The notes: generated from the sequence alone by a model not told the origin. DNA of 64,000 nt from Gemmatimonadales bacterium (GCA_965249575.1 OZ252244.1:2112001-2176000), one strand, 5' to 3'. Shown: positions 29,521-39,969, numbered from the stretch's first letter. Numbers and translations are program-made.

Positions 29521-30657
29521 GTGGGTCAACTGCTTCACGACCTCGTTTTCGACTACACGCTGCGGAGCGTGGCTCTCGGCTCCGCCGCACTGGGGACGGT
29601 CAGTGGAACACTCGGTGCGTTCGCGGTCCTGCGAAAACAGAGTCTATTGGGTGACACGATATCGCACGCCGCGCTTCCCGGCATCGCCCTCGCGTTTCTC
29701 CTTACGCACAGCAAGGAACCCCTCGTGCTCATACTCGGCGCGGCCATTGCCGGCTGGTTGGGCACGCTGTTCGTGATGTCGGTCGTCAACGCCACGCGCA
29801 TTCCCGAGGATAGCGCACTCGGCATCGTGCTCTCGGTCTTCTTCGGTGTGGGCCTGGTGCTGCTCACGCTGGTGCAACGAATGCCCCTCGCCTCGCAGGC
29901 TGGTCTCGAAACGTTCCTTTTTGGTCAGGCTGCTACGCTCGTGGGCCGCGACGTGTTGGTCATCGCCGGGCTCGGTGCCGTCGCGCTCCTCGCCGTCGTC
30001 CTCTTCTGGAAGGAGTTCAAGCTCCTGAGCTTCGATCCGGGGTTTGGTCTATCACTCGGCGTTCCGATGCGAGTGGTCGATGTGATCCTTACATCGGTCC
30101 TCGTGCTCGCCATCGTGGTGGGTCTTCAGACGGTCGGTGTGGTGCTCATGAGCGCCATGGTCGTCGCACCGGCGGCGGCCGCGCGGCAGTGGACCGACTC
30201 ATTGGGAGTCATGGTGGTTCTCTCGGCGCTCTTTGGGGCACTTGCCGGGGTCACAGGTGCAGTCGTCAGCAGCACGGCCGCCGGACTCCCGACGGGGCCT
30301 ACGATCGTCCTATCGGTCAGCGTCCTCGTTGCACTCTCCCTCTTCCTCGGTGCACGCCGAGGGCTGTTGTGGAGTTGGCTTGGTCACCGCCGTAACCGCC
30401 GGCAAATTCGCACTGAAGCGGTCCTGCAGGATCTCTATGCCCTCGCATCTCACCATACGGGCTTGGAGCACGGGCACGCTGTAGAAGCACTCGATGCCAT
30501 GGGCGACGTTCCCGGTTCGGCGCGTCGCACCCTCGAGAGCCTCGAAACTCGAGGACTGGCGCAGCGCTGGGCGGACGGCACCTGGTCACTCACGTCCGCA
30601 GGGGAGGAGAGCGCTCGTCAGGGCGTCCGGCGACGGGCGGAGGGCGGTAGGGCATGA
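29521..30657 (+). CDS. mntC: Metal ABC transporter permease with C-terminal winged-helix-like extension
   Basis: SLLGDTISHAALPG, FLFGQAA, KEFKLLSFD; soluble C-terminal tail of about 90 aa. Confidence 0.9.
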   Translation: MGQLLHDLVFDYTLRSVALGSAALGTVSGTLGAFAVLRKQSLLGDTISHAALPGIALAFLLTHSKEPLVLILGAAIAGWLGTLFVMSVVNATRIPEDSALGIVLSVFFGVGLVLLTLVQRMPLASQAGLETFLFGQAATLVGRDVLVIAGLGAVALLAVVLFWKEFKLLSFDPGFGLSLGVPMRVVDVILTSVLVLAIVVGLQTVGVVLMSAMVVAPAAAARQWTDSLGVMVVLSALFGALAGVTGAVVSSTAAGLPTGPTIVLSVSVLVALSLFLGARRGLLWSWLGHRRNRRQIRTEAVLQDLYALASHHTGLEHGHAVEALDAMGDVPGSARRTLESLETRGLAQRWADGTWSLTSAGEESARQGVRRRAEGGRA

Positions 30658-31766
30658 GTCAGGCCGAGATCGAGATACAGCTGATCGCCGTCGTCGTCGC
30701 GGTGGTCCTTGCCCTTCCCGGCGCGTTTCTGGTGCTTCGGCGCATGGCGCTCATGAGCGATGCCATCAGTCACACCGTATTGCTCGGTATTGTCTTGGCA
30801 TTCTTCATCACGAAGGACATCACGTCGCCGCTGCTGGTGATTGGGGCCGCGCTGACCGGGGTTTTGACCGTGGCCTTGGTCGAGGCGGTTCGTCGCACGC
30901 GCCTCGTCAAGAAGGACGCGGCAATCGGGCTCGTGTTTCCCGTGCTCTTCAGCATCGCGGTCATTCTCATCTCGCGCTACGCCGGCCAAGTGCATCTCGA
31001 TACCGATGCGGTACTACTCGGGGAGATCGCCTTCGCCCCGTTCCGCCGACTCGTGCTGGGTGGTGTCGACCTGGGTCCGAGGACGCTGTATCTCATGGGC
31101 GCGATTCTGGCGCTCAACGTGACGATGATCATCGTCTTCTATAAGGAATTGAAGCTGTCGACGTTCGATGCTGGGCTCGCCGCCGCCTTGGGATTCTCAC
31201 CGGCGATCATTCATTACGTGTTCATGACCCTCGTTTCCCTGTCGGTCGTCGGGGCCTTCGACGCCGTGGGCTCGATACTCGTGGTGGCCCTCATGATCGC
31301 GCCGCCGGCGGCCGCCTACCTCCTCACCGACCGGCTCCCGGTCATGCTTTGGTTGAGCGGCGCGCTCGGGGCAGTTGCCGGTGTTTCCGGATTCTGGTTC
31401 GCGTGGATCACGGACACTTCCATCGCCGGCTCGATGGCCACCCTGGCCGGCGTGATCTTTCTCCTGACGTTCCTCTTTGCCCCTGAACGAGGGATCGTCG
31501 CGCTCGCAAGGCGGCACGCCAGGCAACGTGTGGACTTCGCGAAGCGAATGCTGACGATTCACTTGTTGAATCATGAGGGCACTCCGGAGTGGGATCTCGA
31601 ATCCCAGGAAGGGCACCTACGCGAGCATCTGCGGTGGTCAGCCGACTTCGCCGAGCGGGTCGTCCGCCGGGCCGAGCGTTCGGAGCTGATACGCCGGGAG
31701 CCGGGTGGACGGCTCGGTCTCACCCAGCGGGGTCGCGACGCCGCGCGCGACGCGATGTTGATCTAG
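30654..31766 (+). CDS. mntD: Metal ABC transporter permease with C-terminal winged-helix-like extension
   Basis: MSDAISHTVLLG, HLDTDAVLLGE, YKELKLSTFD; tail ending LTQRGR. Confidence 0.9.
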   Translation: MSQAEIEIQLIAVVVAVVLALPGAFLVLRRMALMSDAISHTVLLGIVLAFFITKDITSPLLVIGAALTGVLTVALVEAVRRTRLVKKDAAIGLVFPVLFSIAVILISRYAGQVHLDTDAVLLGEIAFAPFRRLVLGGVDLGPRTLYLMGAILALNVTMIIVFYKELKLSTFDAGLAAALGFSPAIIHYVFMTLVSLSVVGAFDAVGSILVVALMIAPPAAAYLLTDRLPVMLWLSGALGAVAGVSGFWFAWITDTSIAGSMATLAGVIFLLTFLFAPERGIVALARRHARQRVDFAKRMLTIHLLNHEGTPEWDLESQEGHLREHLRWSADFAERVVRRAERSELIRREPGGRLGLTQRGRDAARDAMLI

Positions 31767-31883
31767 GCGTGGCCCTAGAGCGCGCCGATCCGGGAGCAAT
31801 CCCGCGCCTACCGCTGTTTGGGTAACTTCAGATTCAAGGCCGGTCGTTGACCGGTGTGCCATGAGAGTCAAGGGAATCGATCG

Positions 31884-32633
31884 ATGAAGCGACTGGTGCT
31901 GCTACGGCACGGACAGAGCACGTGGAACCGGGAGAACCGGTTCACCGGGTGGACCGACGTGGACCTGAGCGAACAGGGAATGCTAGAGGCAGAACAGGCG
32001 GGCCGGGTGCTCCAGCGCGAGGGATACATCTTTGACGTGGCGTACACATCGGTACTCAAACGCGCGATCAGAACGCTGTGGATAGTGCTCGACGAGATGG
32101 ACCTGATGTGGATCCCGGTGCACCGCAATTGGCGCCTCAATGAACGGCACTACGGGGCGCTCCAGGGATTGAACAAGGCCGAGACGGCGGCGAAACACGG
32201 TGACACACAGGTGAAGATCTGGCGGCGAAGCTACGCAATGCGCCCGCCCGCCCTCGCAGCGGACGACGATCGCCATCCGCGCAACGATTCTCGTTACGTC
32301 GCCCTGTCCGAAGACGAGTTACCCCTGTCGGAATGCTTGAAGGACACGGTCGCCCGATTCTTGCCGTATTGGGAGGACACGGTCGCTCCAGCCGTTCGAC
32401 GCGGCGATCAGGTGCTCATCTCGGCGCACGGCAACAGCCTCAGGGCGTTGGTAAAACATCTGGATGGAGTTGGCGACGAAGAGATCGTGGGGCTGAACAT
32501 CCCCACAGGTATCCCCCTGGTGTACGAACTGAAGGACGACTTGACCCCCCTGCGGCATTTCTATCTGGGTGATCCGGAGCAAGTGAAGGCCGCGCAGGAT
32601 GCCGTCGCGCGTCAGGGTACGGCAGGCCGGTAG
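31884..32633 (+). CDS. gpmA: 2,3-bisphosphoglycerate-dependent phosphoglycerate mutase
   Basis: [47 protein letters not shown]. Confidence 0.97.
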   Translation: MKRLVLLRHGQSTWNRENRFTGWTDVDLSEQGMLEAEQAGRVLQREGYIFDVAYTSVLKRAIRTLWIVLDEMDLMWIPVHRNWRLNERHYGALQGLNKAETAAKHGDTQVKIWRRSYAMRPPALAADDDRHPRNDSRYVALSEDELPLSECLKDTVARFLPYWEDTVAPAVRRGDQVLISAHGNSLRALVKHLDGVGDEEIVGLNIPTGIPLVYELKDDLTPLRHFYLGDPEQVKAAQDAVARQGTAGR

Positions 32634-32646
32634 GGGCTCGCGACCG

Positions 32647-33444
32647 ATGCGCGTCGTGTCACTGACGTGTTCGAACACGGAAATAGTCTCCGCACTGGGC
32701 TTGGACGGGCTGCTGGTGGGCGTGGACGATCATTCGGACTTCCCGGCGGACCTCGTGTCCAGCCTGCCGAGGGTCGGGCCCGACCTGCAGATCGATATCG
32801 CGAAAGTTGCGGCGCTCGAGCCGGATCTCGTCTTGGCATCCCTGACGGTGCCGGGGCATGAAGACGTGGTGGCCGGTCTGGAGAAGGCAGGACTTCCGTA
32901 CCTCGCCCCGGAGCCCCAATCACTCACAGACGTGTACCGGGACATCAGGCTCATTGCCGGGGCACTGGGGGCTGCGGAGCGCGGAGAGGCGGTGGTGGCG
33001 AACATGATGGCCAACTTGCGGCCGACCGAAACGGCCGGCTCGGACCGCCGGCCCACGATTCTCATTCAGTGGTGGCCCAAACCGGTCATCGCGCCCGCGC
33101 GACTGAGCTGGGCGACGGATCTCATCCAGGCCGCAGCCGGAGCGAACCCAATCGGTCACGAGTCCGTTAAGAGCCGTCCGCTATCCGATGACGAGGTTCG
33201 CGACCTCAACCCGGACGCCATCGTCATATCCTGGTGCGGCGTGCGGCCGGAGAAGTACAGGCCGGACGTCGTCTACGGAAACGAATCGTGGCGGGAGGTC
33301 GAGGCGCTCCGGAAGCGCCGCGTCCTGTGCATACCAGAGGCCTACCTCGGAAGACCCTCGCCGCGATTGGTGCAGGGATTCGAGGCACTCGAACAAATCG
33401 TCGCGCGCGTACGCCAGGAGTTTCCACTGGCTCCGCGCTCCTGA
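32647..33444 (+). CDS. Cobalamin/Fe-siderophore binding-protein fold (BtuF-like), no signal peptide
   Basis: MRVVSLTCSNTEIV, VGVDDHSDFP, LEPDLVL, RPSPRLV. Confidence 0.8.
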   Translation: MRVVSLTCSNTEIVSALGLDGLLVGVDDHSDFPADLVSSLPRVGPDLQIDIAKVAALEPDLVLASLTVPGHEDVVAGLEKAGLPYLAPEPQSLTDVYRDIRLIAGALGAAERGEAVVANMMANLRPTETAGSDRRPTILIQWWPKPVIAPARLSWATDLIQAAAGANPIGHESVKSRPLSDDEVRDLNPDAIVISWCGVRPEKYRPDVVYGNESWREVEALRKRRVLCIPEAYLGRPSPRLVQGFEALEQIVARVRQEFPLAPRS

Positions 33445-33501
33445 ATCCGCCGGCCGAAATGCCGGACGGCCGACCTTGACGCCGCCCGCGGACGGACTCG
33501 G

Positions 33502-34233
33502 GTGAATCCGACTCTCACCGTGTTGCTTTACTCCGCCATCGCCGCCAGCGCTGCCGCCCTGGGGATCGTCCCGCTGTTCGGCCGAAGTGAAATGCCCAAG
33601 AGGTGGGTGGGCTGGGCCAACGCCTTGGCCGCAGGTCTCATGTTGGGCGCGGCCTATGCCCTCACCGTGGCTGGCGTCGACGGCGCACCAGTAATCGGTG
33701 CGGCTGGCGCCGTCCTCGGGATCGGGTTCGTCTATTGGACACACGCACTGTCGGGTACCGAGGACCTCGATCTGAGCCGCCTCCGGGATCGAAGCCCGGA
33801 ATACAGCTACAAGGTGTTGCTCGTCGACTCGCTGCACTCGGCGTCCGAGGGGGTGGCCATCGGCGTGGCGATGGTCGCCGGCCTGCCTTTCGGTGTCTTC
33901 ATGGCTTTGGCCATCGCCGTACACAACATTCCCGAGGCAACGGTGCTGAGCGCCGTGCTGAGCAGCCGTGGGGCGCGGCTCGCGCGGGCGGCTGGCCTGT
34001 CGGTCGCGGTCAACCTGAGCCAGGTGCTCCTCGCCGTCTTCACCTACGCCGTGCTCTCAGCGGCCCCCGCCATGACGCTTTGGGTTTTGGGTTTTGCGGT
34101 AGGCGCTCTCGTCTACCTCGTCATGGTGGAGTTGCTTCCCGAGTCCTACCGTCTCGCGGGCCCCACGAGTATCGCCTTGGTCGTAAGCCTTGCGATGGCG
34201 ATGGTCGTTCTCTTACAGGGTTTTCTGACGTGA
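33502..34233 (+). CDS. ZIP (GufA/ZupT) family metal transporter
   Basis: LAAGLML, HSASEG, HNIPEA, ELLPES. Confidence 0.85.
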   Translation: MNPTLTVLLYSAIAASAAALGIVPLFGRSEMPKRWVGWANALAAGLMLGAAYALTVAGVDGAPVIGAAGAVLGIGFVYWTHALSGTEDLDLSRLRDRSPEYSYKVLLVDSLHSASEGVAIGVAMVAGLPFGVFMALAIAVHNIPEATVLSAVLSSRGARLARAAGLSVAVNLSQVLLAVFTYAVLSAAPAMTLWVLGFAVGALVYLVMVELLPESYRLAGPTSIALVVSLAMAMVVLLQGFLT

Positions 34234-34253
34234 TCGGTTCGAGGTAATCGCAG

Positions 34254-34982
34254 GTGCATCCGGTGCTCGTCGTGTTCGCCTACGGGTTGATTACAGCGGT
34301 GGCAACAGGGCTCGGTGCGATTCCCTTTGCCTTCGTGCCGACTGTGTCAGCCAGCACCGTCGCGCTGGCAAACGCGCTTGCCGCCGGCCTGATGCTCGGG
34401 GCAAGCTTCGGGCTCGTGGCCGAGGGCACACAGTTCGGTGGCTGGCAGACGATCATGGGAGCGAATCTCGGCGTCGTCTTTATCCTCCTCAGTCAGAAAT
34501 TCATCGACCGGTACGACGTCCAGTTCGGGAGGATACGCGGCGTCACCGCCCGCCGCATGGTTCTCATGGTCGGCGTGATGACGATCCACTCGTTTTCTGA
34601 GGGTGTTGCGGTAGGAGCGTCATTTGGCGGTGGCATGACACTCGCCCTGGTGATAACCGCAGCCATTGCGGTTCACAACATCCCCGAGGGCCTCGCGATC
34701 AGTGCCGTGCTCCGCCCTCGCGGCGTGAGCGTGCTCGGATGCGCTTGGTGGAGTGTCTTCTCGTCTCTGCCCCAGCCCCTCATGGCGGTGCCGGCGTTCC
34801 TCTTCGTCGAAGCGTTCCGGCCCGCCCTGCCCTACGGTATAGGGTTTGCCGCGGGGGCGATGGTGTTCATGGTCCTGGTCGAACTGCTACCAGAGGCCTA
34901 CGAACAGGCGCGAAAGCCGGTCGTCGGGCTGCTGGTGAGCCTCACGATCGTAGGTATGATGCTCTTTCAGCGATACCTGTGA
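34254..34982 (+). CDS. ZIP (GufA/ZupT) family metal transporter
   Basis: ATGLGAIPF, HSFSEG, HNIPEG, SSLPQP, ELLPEA. Confidence 0.9.
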   Translation: MHPVLVVFAYGLITAVATGLGAIPFAFVPTVSASTVALANALAAGLMLGASFGLVAEGTQFGGWQTIMGANLGVVFILLSQKFIDRYDVQFGRIRGVTARRMVLMVGVMTIHSFSEGVAVGASFGGGMTLALVITAAIAVHNIPEGLAISAVLRPRGVSVLGCAWWSVFSSLPQPLMAVPAFLFVEAFRPALPYGIGFAAGAMVFMVLVELLPEAYEQARKPVVGLLVSLTIVGMMLFQRYL

Positions 34983-35025
34983 GATCCGGTCCGGCCCTCG
35001 TGACGCGCTGAGCCAGACTTCCCGG

Positions 35026-35475
35026 CTACCCCTTTCGCGTGACCTCCCAATTGCCAGTCTGACCCTCGCTGTTGCCTGAGTGACACGTGACGAAAGTCCC
35101 CGCGATCTGGTTGCCTTCGAGCTTCCCCTCGAACGTCGTGGATAGGATGCAGCCACATGCGGGGTCGCGGTACGGCTGAAGCCTCCCACTGATCTGGCCG
35201 CGGGCGGCCTGCACGAAATCGATGCGCAGAACCTGCGGTACCCGATCCCCACCCCGCATGGAGCTCTCTGGGACGGGCTCGACAGCCTATTTCGTAGCCA
35301 ACGGGGACCATGAAGACGTCTCCGCGGGCCGTGTCAGAACCGCGACGAGCGAAAAGACGGTACTCCCACTGCGGCCGGACGCCCGACTGTTATAGATACC
35401 CGTCCACTCGCCTTCTAGACGATTGATGGTGGGTTCGTCTCCGACGACTGGTACCGGCGCGGGGTTCCCGGCGCA
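35026..35475 (-). pseudogene. Lipoprotein remnant (signal peptide lost, two frameshifts)
   Basis: CAGNPAPVPV..LEGEWTGIY, then GSDTARGDVFMVP, then VLRIDFV..GRLQPYRDPACGC in three successive frames. Confidence 0.55.
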
Positions 35476-35817
35476 GCCGACGCCGCGAACCGTCTGCAGC
35501 AACCCGTCGCATCCGGCCTGCCGCAGTTTTCTCCGGAGGTTCCCTACGTGTACGTCAACCACGTTGCTTTCGGGATCGAAATGCATGTCCCACACCTTCT
35601 CGAGCAGCTCCGTGCGCCGGATCACTTCGCTCGGGTGCAGCATGAAATGCTCCAATAGCTGAAACTCCCGCGGCGTGAGATCCAGGTTTTCCCCTTGCGC
35701 CAGCGCCGTATGCTTGAGGCGATCCATGGCCAAGGGCCCGAAGGCGAGGCGTTCCAGCCGGGCAGAGCCGCCGCGCCGAACCAATGCCCGCAAACGCGTG
35801 AGCAGCTCATCGAACTG
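35476..35817 (-). pseudogene. OmpR-family response regulator, DNA-binding domain only
   Basis: FDELLTRLRAL..LTPREFQLL..NVVDVHVGNLRRKL..TVRGVG; receiver domain absent. Confidence 0.8.
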
Positions 35818-36485
35818 TCTCCCATCTTCCGCAGCAGGAGGTCGGACCAACCGTACACGGCGGTAAGGGCGTTCCGGAGCTCGTGATTGATCATGGCGTA
35901 GAACCGGTCGCGGGACACCTGCGCATCCCTTAGCTCTGTCAGGAGCTTTGCGCTCGTCTCGTGCAGTTGCGCGTTCTCACACGCTACCGCCGCCTGCGAT
36001 GCGAGCATCGTCGCGACCGCTTCGTCCTCCGCGGAGAATTCGGGAGCGCCTTCCTTTTCGGTTAGGTAGAGATTGCCCATCGGTCCGCTCCGTCCCGCAA
36101 TGGGCACCCCGAGAAACGAGCTCATGGCGGGATGGTGCTCTGGAAAGCCGTGTGCAGCTGAGGGCTGTGTCAGATCTGCCAGGCGCAGCGGTTTGCGCTT
36201 GGTGATCAAGAGACCGAGGATGCCCTTCCCCTCCGGCAGAGGGCCGATTCGCTTCTTGAGCTCGTCACTGACGCCGCTCGTGACGAATTTCGCGAGTCTT
36301 GTACCGGTCTCGTCCAAGACACCCAGCGCGGCGTACCTCGCTCCAATGACCTCGCGCGCGGAATCCACCACTAGCTGGAGGACACTCTCGAGCGTGTGCT
36401 CCCGATGCAGGTCGGCGATGGCGCGATAGAGCCTTCCGAAATCTTGCCCGACGGCCCCGTCACCACTACGTGGCTCCGTGCGCAT
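35818..36485 (-). pseudogene. GAF sensor histidine kinase truncated after the H-box
   Basis: ARYAALGVL..GFPEHHPAMSSFLGVPI..GNLYLTEK GAF domain; HELRNALT; no HATPase domain. Confidence 0.8.
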
Positions 36486-36551
36486 GAAGCCGAAGGTAGT
36501 GAGATCGGCTTGGTTGAGTAAGTGGCTTTGAATCCCGCGCGTCGACGCGCG

Positions 36552-37636
36552 ATGGGGGAACCTCGGTCGAGACTCTGTTCGGGGCGCGCCAACGTGAGGG
36601 GGTAGTTTCGAAAGGCTGGATACAATCACCGGCCTACGACCTTGCCCTCTTCACGCTCGCTCCCCTGAGCGGCCTCATCATCGTATGGTCAAGCCTCTAC
36701 CTTCCCAACGGTTACCGTGTCGGGCTCGCGGCTACCCTCCTTATCGGCATACCTCACTATCTCTCGTCGTTTAGTTTCTTCCTGGGCGACGACAACCTCC
36801 GGTACTATCGGTCGCGCTGGGCTGCGTTCTTCGCTGGGCCCGTGTTGATTCTCGTCGCCGTGGCTGCGCTTCGTTTGCTGGAGTTCCACCGACCCGTGCT
36901 GATCACCATGTTCGTGTGGAACATATACCATGTCTCGCTGCAGAGCGCAGGGATTCTCTCAATCTACCGCAGACTGAACGGAGGGCCGCACTCCGAGCGG
37001 AGAGTGGCACACTTGGCGATTCTGGCCATCAACGCAGCGATGGCTTTCTGGTTCATCGATCGTTTTGCGCCGTTGCACGAGCTGCTGATCCGAGTCCACG
37101 ACCTCGCTCCGTTAGCTGTCCGCGCGGTCACCCTGCCGGTGGCAGCCGGTGCCTTCGGGGTGTTGCTTTACCGGATTGGCCGCCGACCCCGATCGCTGTC
37201 GCTTGCGGAGGCGACGTTTCTCATATCGAGCGTGCTGTTGTTTCACCCGTACCTCTGGGTCGAGAGCGCCGACCTCGCGACACTGGCCATGTTGATGGGC
37301 CATTTCATCCAGTATCTGGCTATCGTTTGGTTGCTGAATCGTCGGAAATACGCCGGATCCACGGGGTCTTGGCACGAACGCTTCCTGGGGGAGGTGAGTG
37401 CCCGTCCGGGATTGATTCTCACGTTGTTCGGTGTCATAGGTTTGTCTTTCTATGCGGCTGATAAGATGACCACGGCGCTCGGCGCCCAGATGCTCTACGT
37501 CATCGTCTGGAACTCGATGGCCCTCACCCATTTCTACGTCGATGGGTTGGTCTGGGCGTTCAAACAACCCTACGTCCGTCAGTCGGTCGGACCCTACTTA
37601 ACCCCAGCCGAGCGCATCGTGACCCAACCGAATTAG
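36552..37636 (+). CDS. Uncharacterised polytopic membrane protein with conserved-looking His motifs; start codon out of frame (possible frameshift at about 36600)
   Basis: Reading frame extends about 80 codons upstream of the tracked start (WIQSPAYDLALF..GIPHYLSSF); WNIYH, GHFIQY, THFYVDGLVW. Confidence 0.6.
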
Positions 37637-37829
37637 CCTGTCGGGGAATGGTGGTTGGTGTAAGCGAACGCGCGCATCGAGGCTTCAGCAAGTCTTTGCT
37701 AGTCGAGAAGCGTTGCTGGAGTGACTGAGCAGAATTGTTGCGTTGGCGCCGGCTATAAGTACTCGGGGGCGATCTAGAGCTCTGAACGTTCGCTAAGGCT
37801 CCGGGTCGAAACGGCCAGATAGCGCCCGA

Positions 37830-38462
37830 TCAGTCCTCCACCAACCGCGCCACCTCTTGCAAGCCACCCGGCTCTTCGAACAAGTGCGACGCGTCCGGAA
37901 CGACGACGAGCTCCTTGATCCCGCCAATCAACTCCAGCGCCGCTTGATTCAACTGGAGCACAGCCGAGTCGGCTCCTCCAACGATGAGTAGGGTGGGGGA
38001 GGTCACCTTTGCCAGATACCCTCCGCCAGGTCCGGCCTCCCTCCCCGTGATACGACGGCAGCCACGGGCTGCCGAGTGGCCGCGATCAAGGCTGCTGCTC
38101 CTCCAGTGCTGGCCCCAAAATACGCGAGGGGGCAGTTCGAGATGCCCGGCTGGTCTCAATCCACCGAGTCGCAAAGACCAGCCTTGGCGAGAAGGGGAAT
38201 ATCGAAGACGTTCCCGCGGTCGGCGGATTCGCGCTCCTGAGGAGGTCGAAGAACAGCGTTCCAAAGCCAGCTCGGTGAAGGCTCTCCTCCACCTGCCTGT
38301 TTCGCGTACCGTGGCGGCTACTTCCGCTCCCAAGGGCTAAGAGCCTCCACCGTGCCCGCATTTGGACCTTACAGGTCGCCCTGCAACGACCCGTCCCCTG
38401 CGGGGACGATCACCGGTTTGAAATGGACGGCGGCGCGCGACCCGCCCGTTGGGTGCGGCCAT
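37830..38462 (-). pseudogene. Dienelactone-hydrolase-like alpha/beta hydrolase, multiply frameshifted
   Basis: Fragments GSGSSRHGTRN..AGFGTLFFDLL, YFGASTGG, PTLLIVGGAD..ASHLFEEPG in different frames; TGATG coupling to the PRTase. Confidence 0.75.
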
Positions 38463-39115
38463 CAATTGACCCGTGCCGCCTGAGCCGCGGCGGCGCGCTC
38501 CAACAAGTCGATGACATCGTCGTCGGATGTCTGGTGAAAATCCCCATACCATTGACTGACAGCCCGAAAATCCGCCGGCGTATGGAGACACACGACGTCG
38601 TCCGCCAGCCCCCTCACGGACGCCACCGAATCCGAAGCTCCGACCGGCACGGCGAGCACGACGCGGGCAGGCGCGCCCGTCCTGGCCGACTCGATCGCCG
38701 CTGCCGCCGTAGCCCCCGTGGCGAGTCCGTCATCCACGACGATGGCGGTCCGGCGCCCTAGCGACGGAGGGGGTCGGCCGCGCCGATAGAGTGCCGCTCG
38801 TCGGTGCAGCTCCTGTGTTTCGCTTGCGACGATGCGTTCCACCTCGCCAGCCGAGACACCCAGATAATCGATGGCGGCCTCGTTGAGGACGCTAGCGCCC
38901 GGAGCAATGGCTCCGATCGCGAATTCGGGCTGGTCGGGGGCCCCGATCTTGCGCGCGATGATGACGTCGAGAGGATACCGCAAAGCGATGGCCACCTCGA
39001 ATCCGACTGGGACTCCCCCCCGCGGCAGCGCAAGAACGATCGGATTCTCATGGCGGTACGCCTCTAGGGCTGTGCTGAGGCGCTGACCGGCCTCGACACG
39101 ATCTCTGAACAGCAT
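38462..39115 (-). CDS. Phosphoribosyltransferase family protein
   Basis: FRDRVEAG, LALPRGGVPV, VVDDGLATGAT, AVSQWYGDF. Confidence 0.9.
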   Translation of the reverse strand: MLFRDRVEAGQRLSTALEAYRHENPIVLALPRGGVPVGFEVAIALRYPLDVIIARKIGAPDQPEFAIGAIAPGASVLNEAAIDYLGVSAGEVERIVASETQELHRRAALYRRGRPPPSLGRRTAIVVDDGLATGATAAAAIESARTGAPARVVLAVPVGASDSVASVRGLADDVVCLHTPADFRAVSQWYGDFHQTSDDDVIDLLERAAAAQAARVN

Positions 39116-39420
39116 CGCTCCCTCCAAGGAAGCCGACAGAACGACCCACCCGAGCGCACACGAAGCCTGAGATACCGCTCTCGTGATCCGCCCCGACCGA
39201 AACGGTCCACAGCGACAGGATCAAGACTGGCTCTCAAACATGTAGGAGCGGACAAGGAACCCTCAAGGTGCTCCCGAAACGTGGTCGCGCAATTCGACGA
39301 TTTGGCGCGGTACGCGCGCAACAGGGCGGATCCAGCAGTCGAGCAACGCGCCGCCCTGTGTCGTGGTTCGACGGCGTTCACGCCCGATTCACAGCGTGAG
39401 CGATCGCGGGCTGAGGCTGC

Positions 39421-39969
39421 CTACTTCCGGCCCTTCCCGACGACCGCGACAGTACTCGCTTGAGGGCCATTGTCACCCTGCTCCTCGACGAAGCGCACCT
39501 CGACGCCGATCTCGAGTCGGTCGAAACCGCCATTGAGCACGCTGTTGCGGTGAAAGTAGATCTCGCGCGCGTTGGCCGTCTCGAGGAATCCGTACCCCTC
39601 GAAGGGGAAGAGCTTTGTGACGCGGGCATGAGGCTGCGGCTCCCGGCTCTTGACCTCTCCACGCTGGCGGCGGGCGTAATCCTGCAACCGCCGCTGGGCA
39701 GCGTCGAACGCTTCCTGAATGGCTGTCATGAGATCCGCGTGCGGCTGCCGGGTGACGACCACCTCGCCGCCCGGTAGCGTTAGATCGATACGTAGGTTGT
39801 AGAGGGCATCTTCGCCCGTTCTGAACCGGCGTAATGTCTCAACGGAAATACGACACGAAATGATGTGATTGTAGTATGAGTCGAGGTGTGTTGCCTGCTC
39901 TCGAATGGCGGTTTCAGTCTCCGGCGAGAGTTCGATGTCGCGTGCGGTGATCTGCGGCGGAATCTCCAT
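39421..39969 (-). CDS. HPF/RaiA ribosome-associated domain fused to a cold-shock domain
   Basis: QITARDIELS..AIQEAFDAAQRRL; C-terminal GYGFLET..IYFHRNSV..GPQASTV. Confidence 0.85.
   Translation of the reverse strand: MEIPPQITARDIELSPETETAIREQATHLDSYYNHIISCRISVETLRRFRTGEDALYNLRIDLTLPGGEVVVTRQPHADLMTAIQEAFDAAQRRLQDYARRQRGEVKSREPQPHARVTKLFPFEGYGFLETANAREIYFHRNSVLNGGFDRLEIGVEVRFVEEQGDNGPQASTVAVVGKGRK

Noticed and set aside
39321..39380. tRNA or Y-RNA-like element (GGTTCGA) near rtcB
   Set aside because: No T-stem, acceptor stem or cloverleaf can be built.
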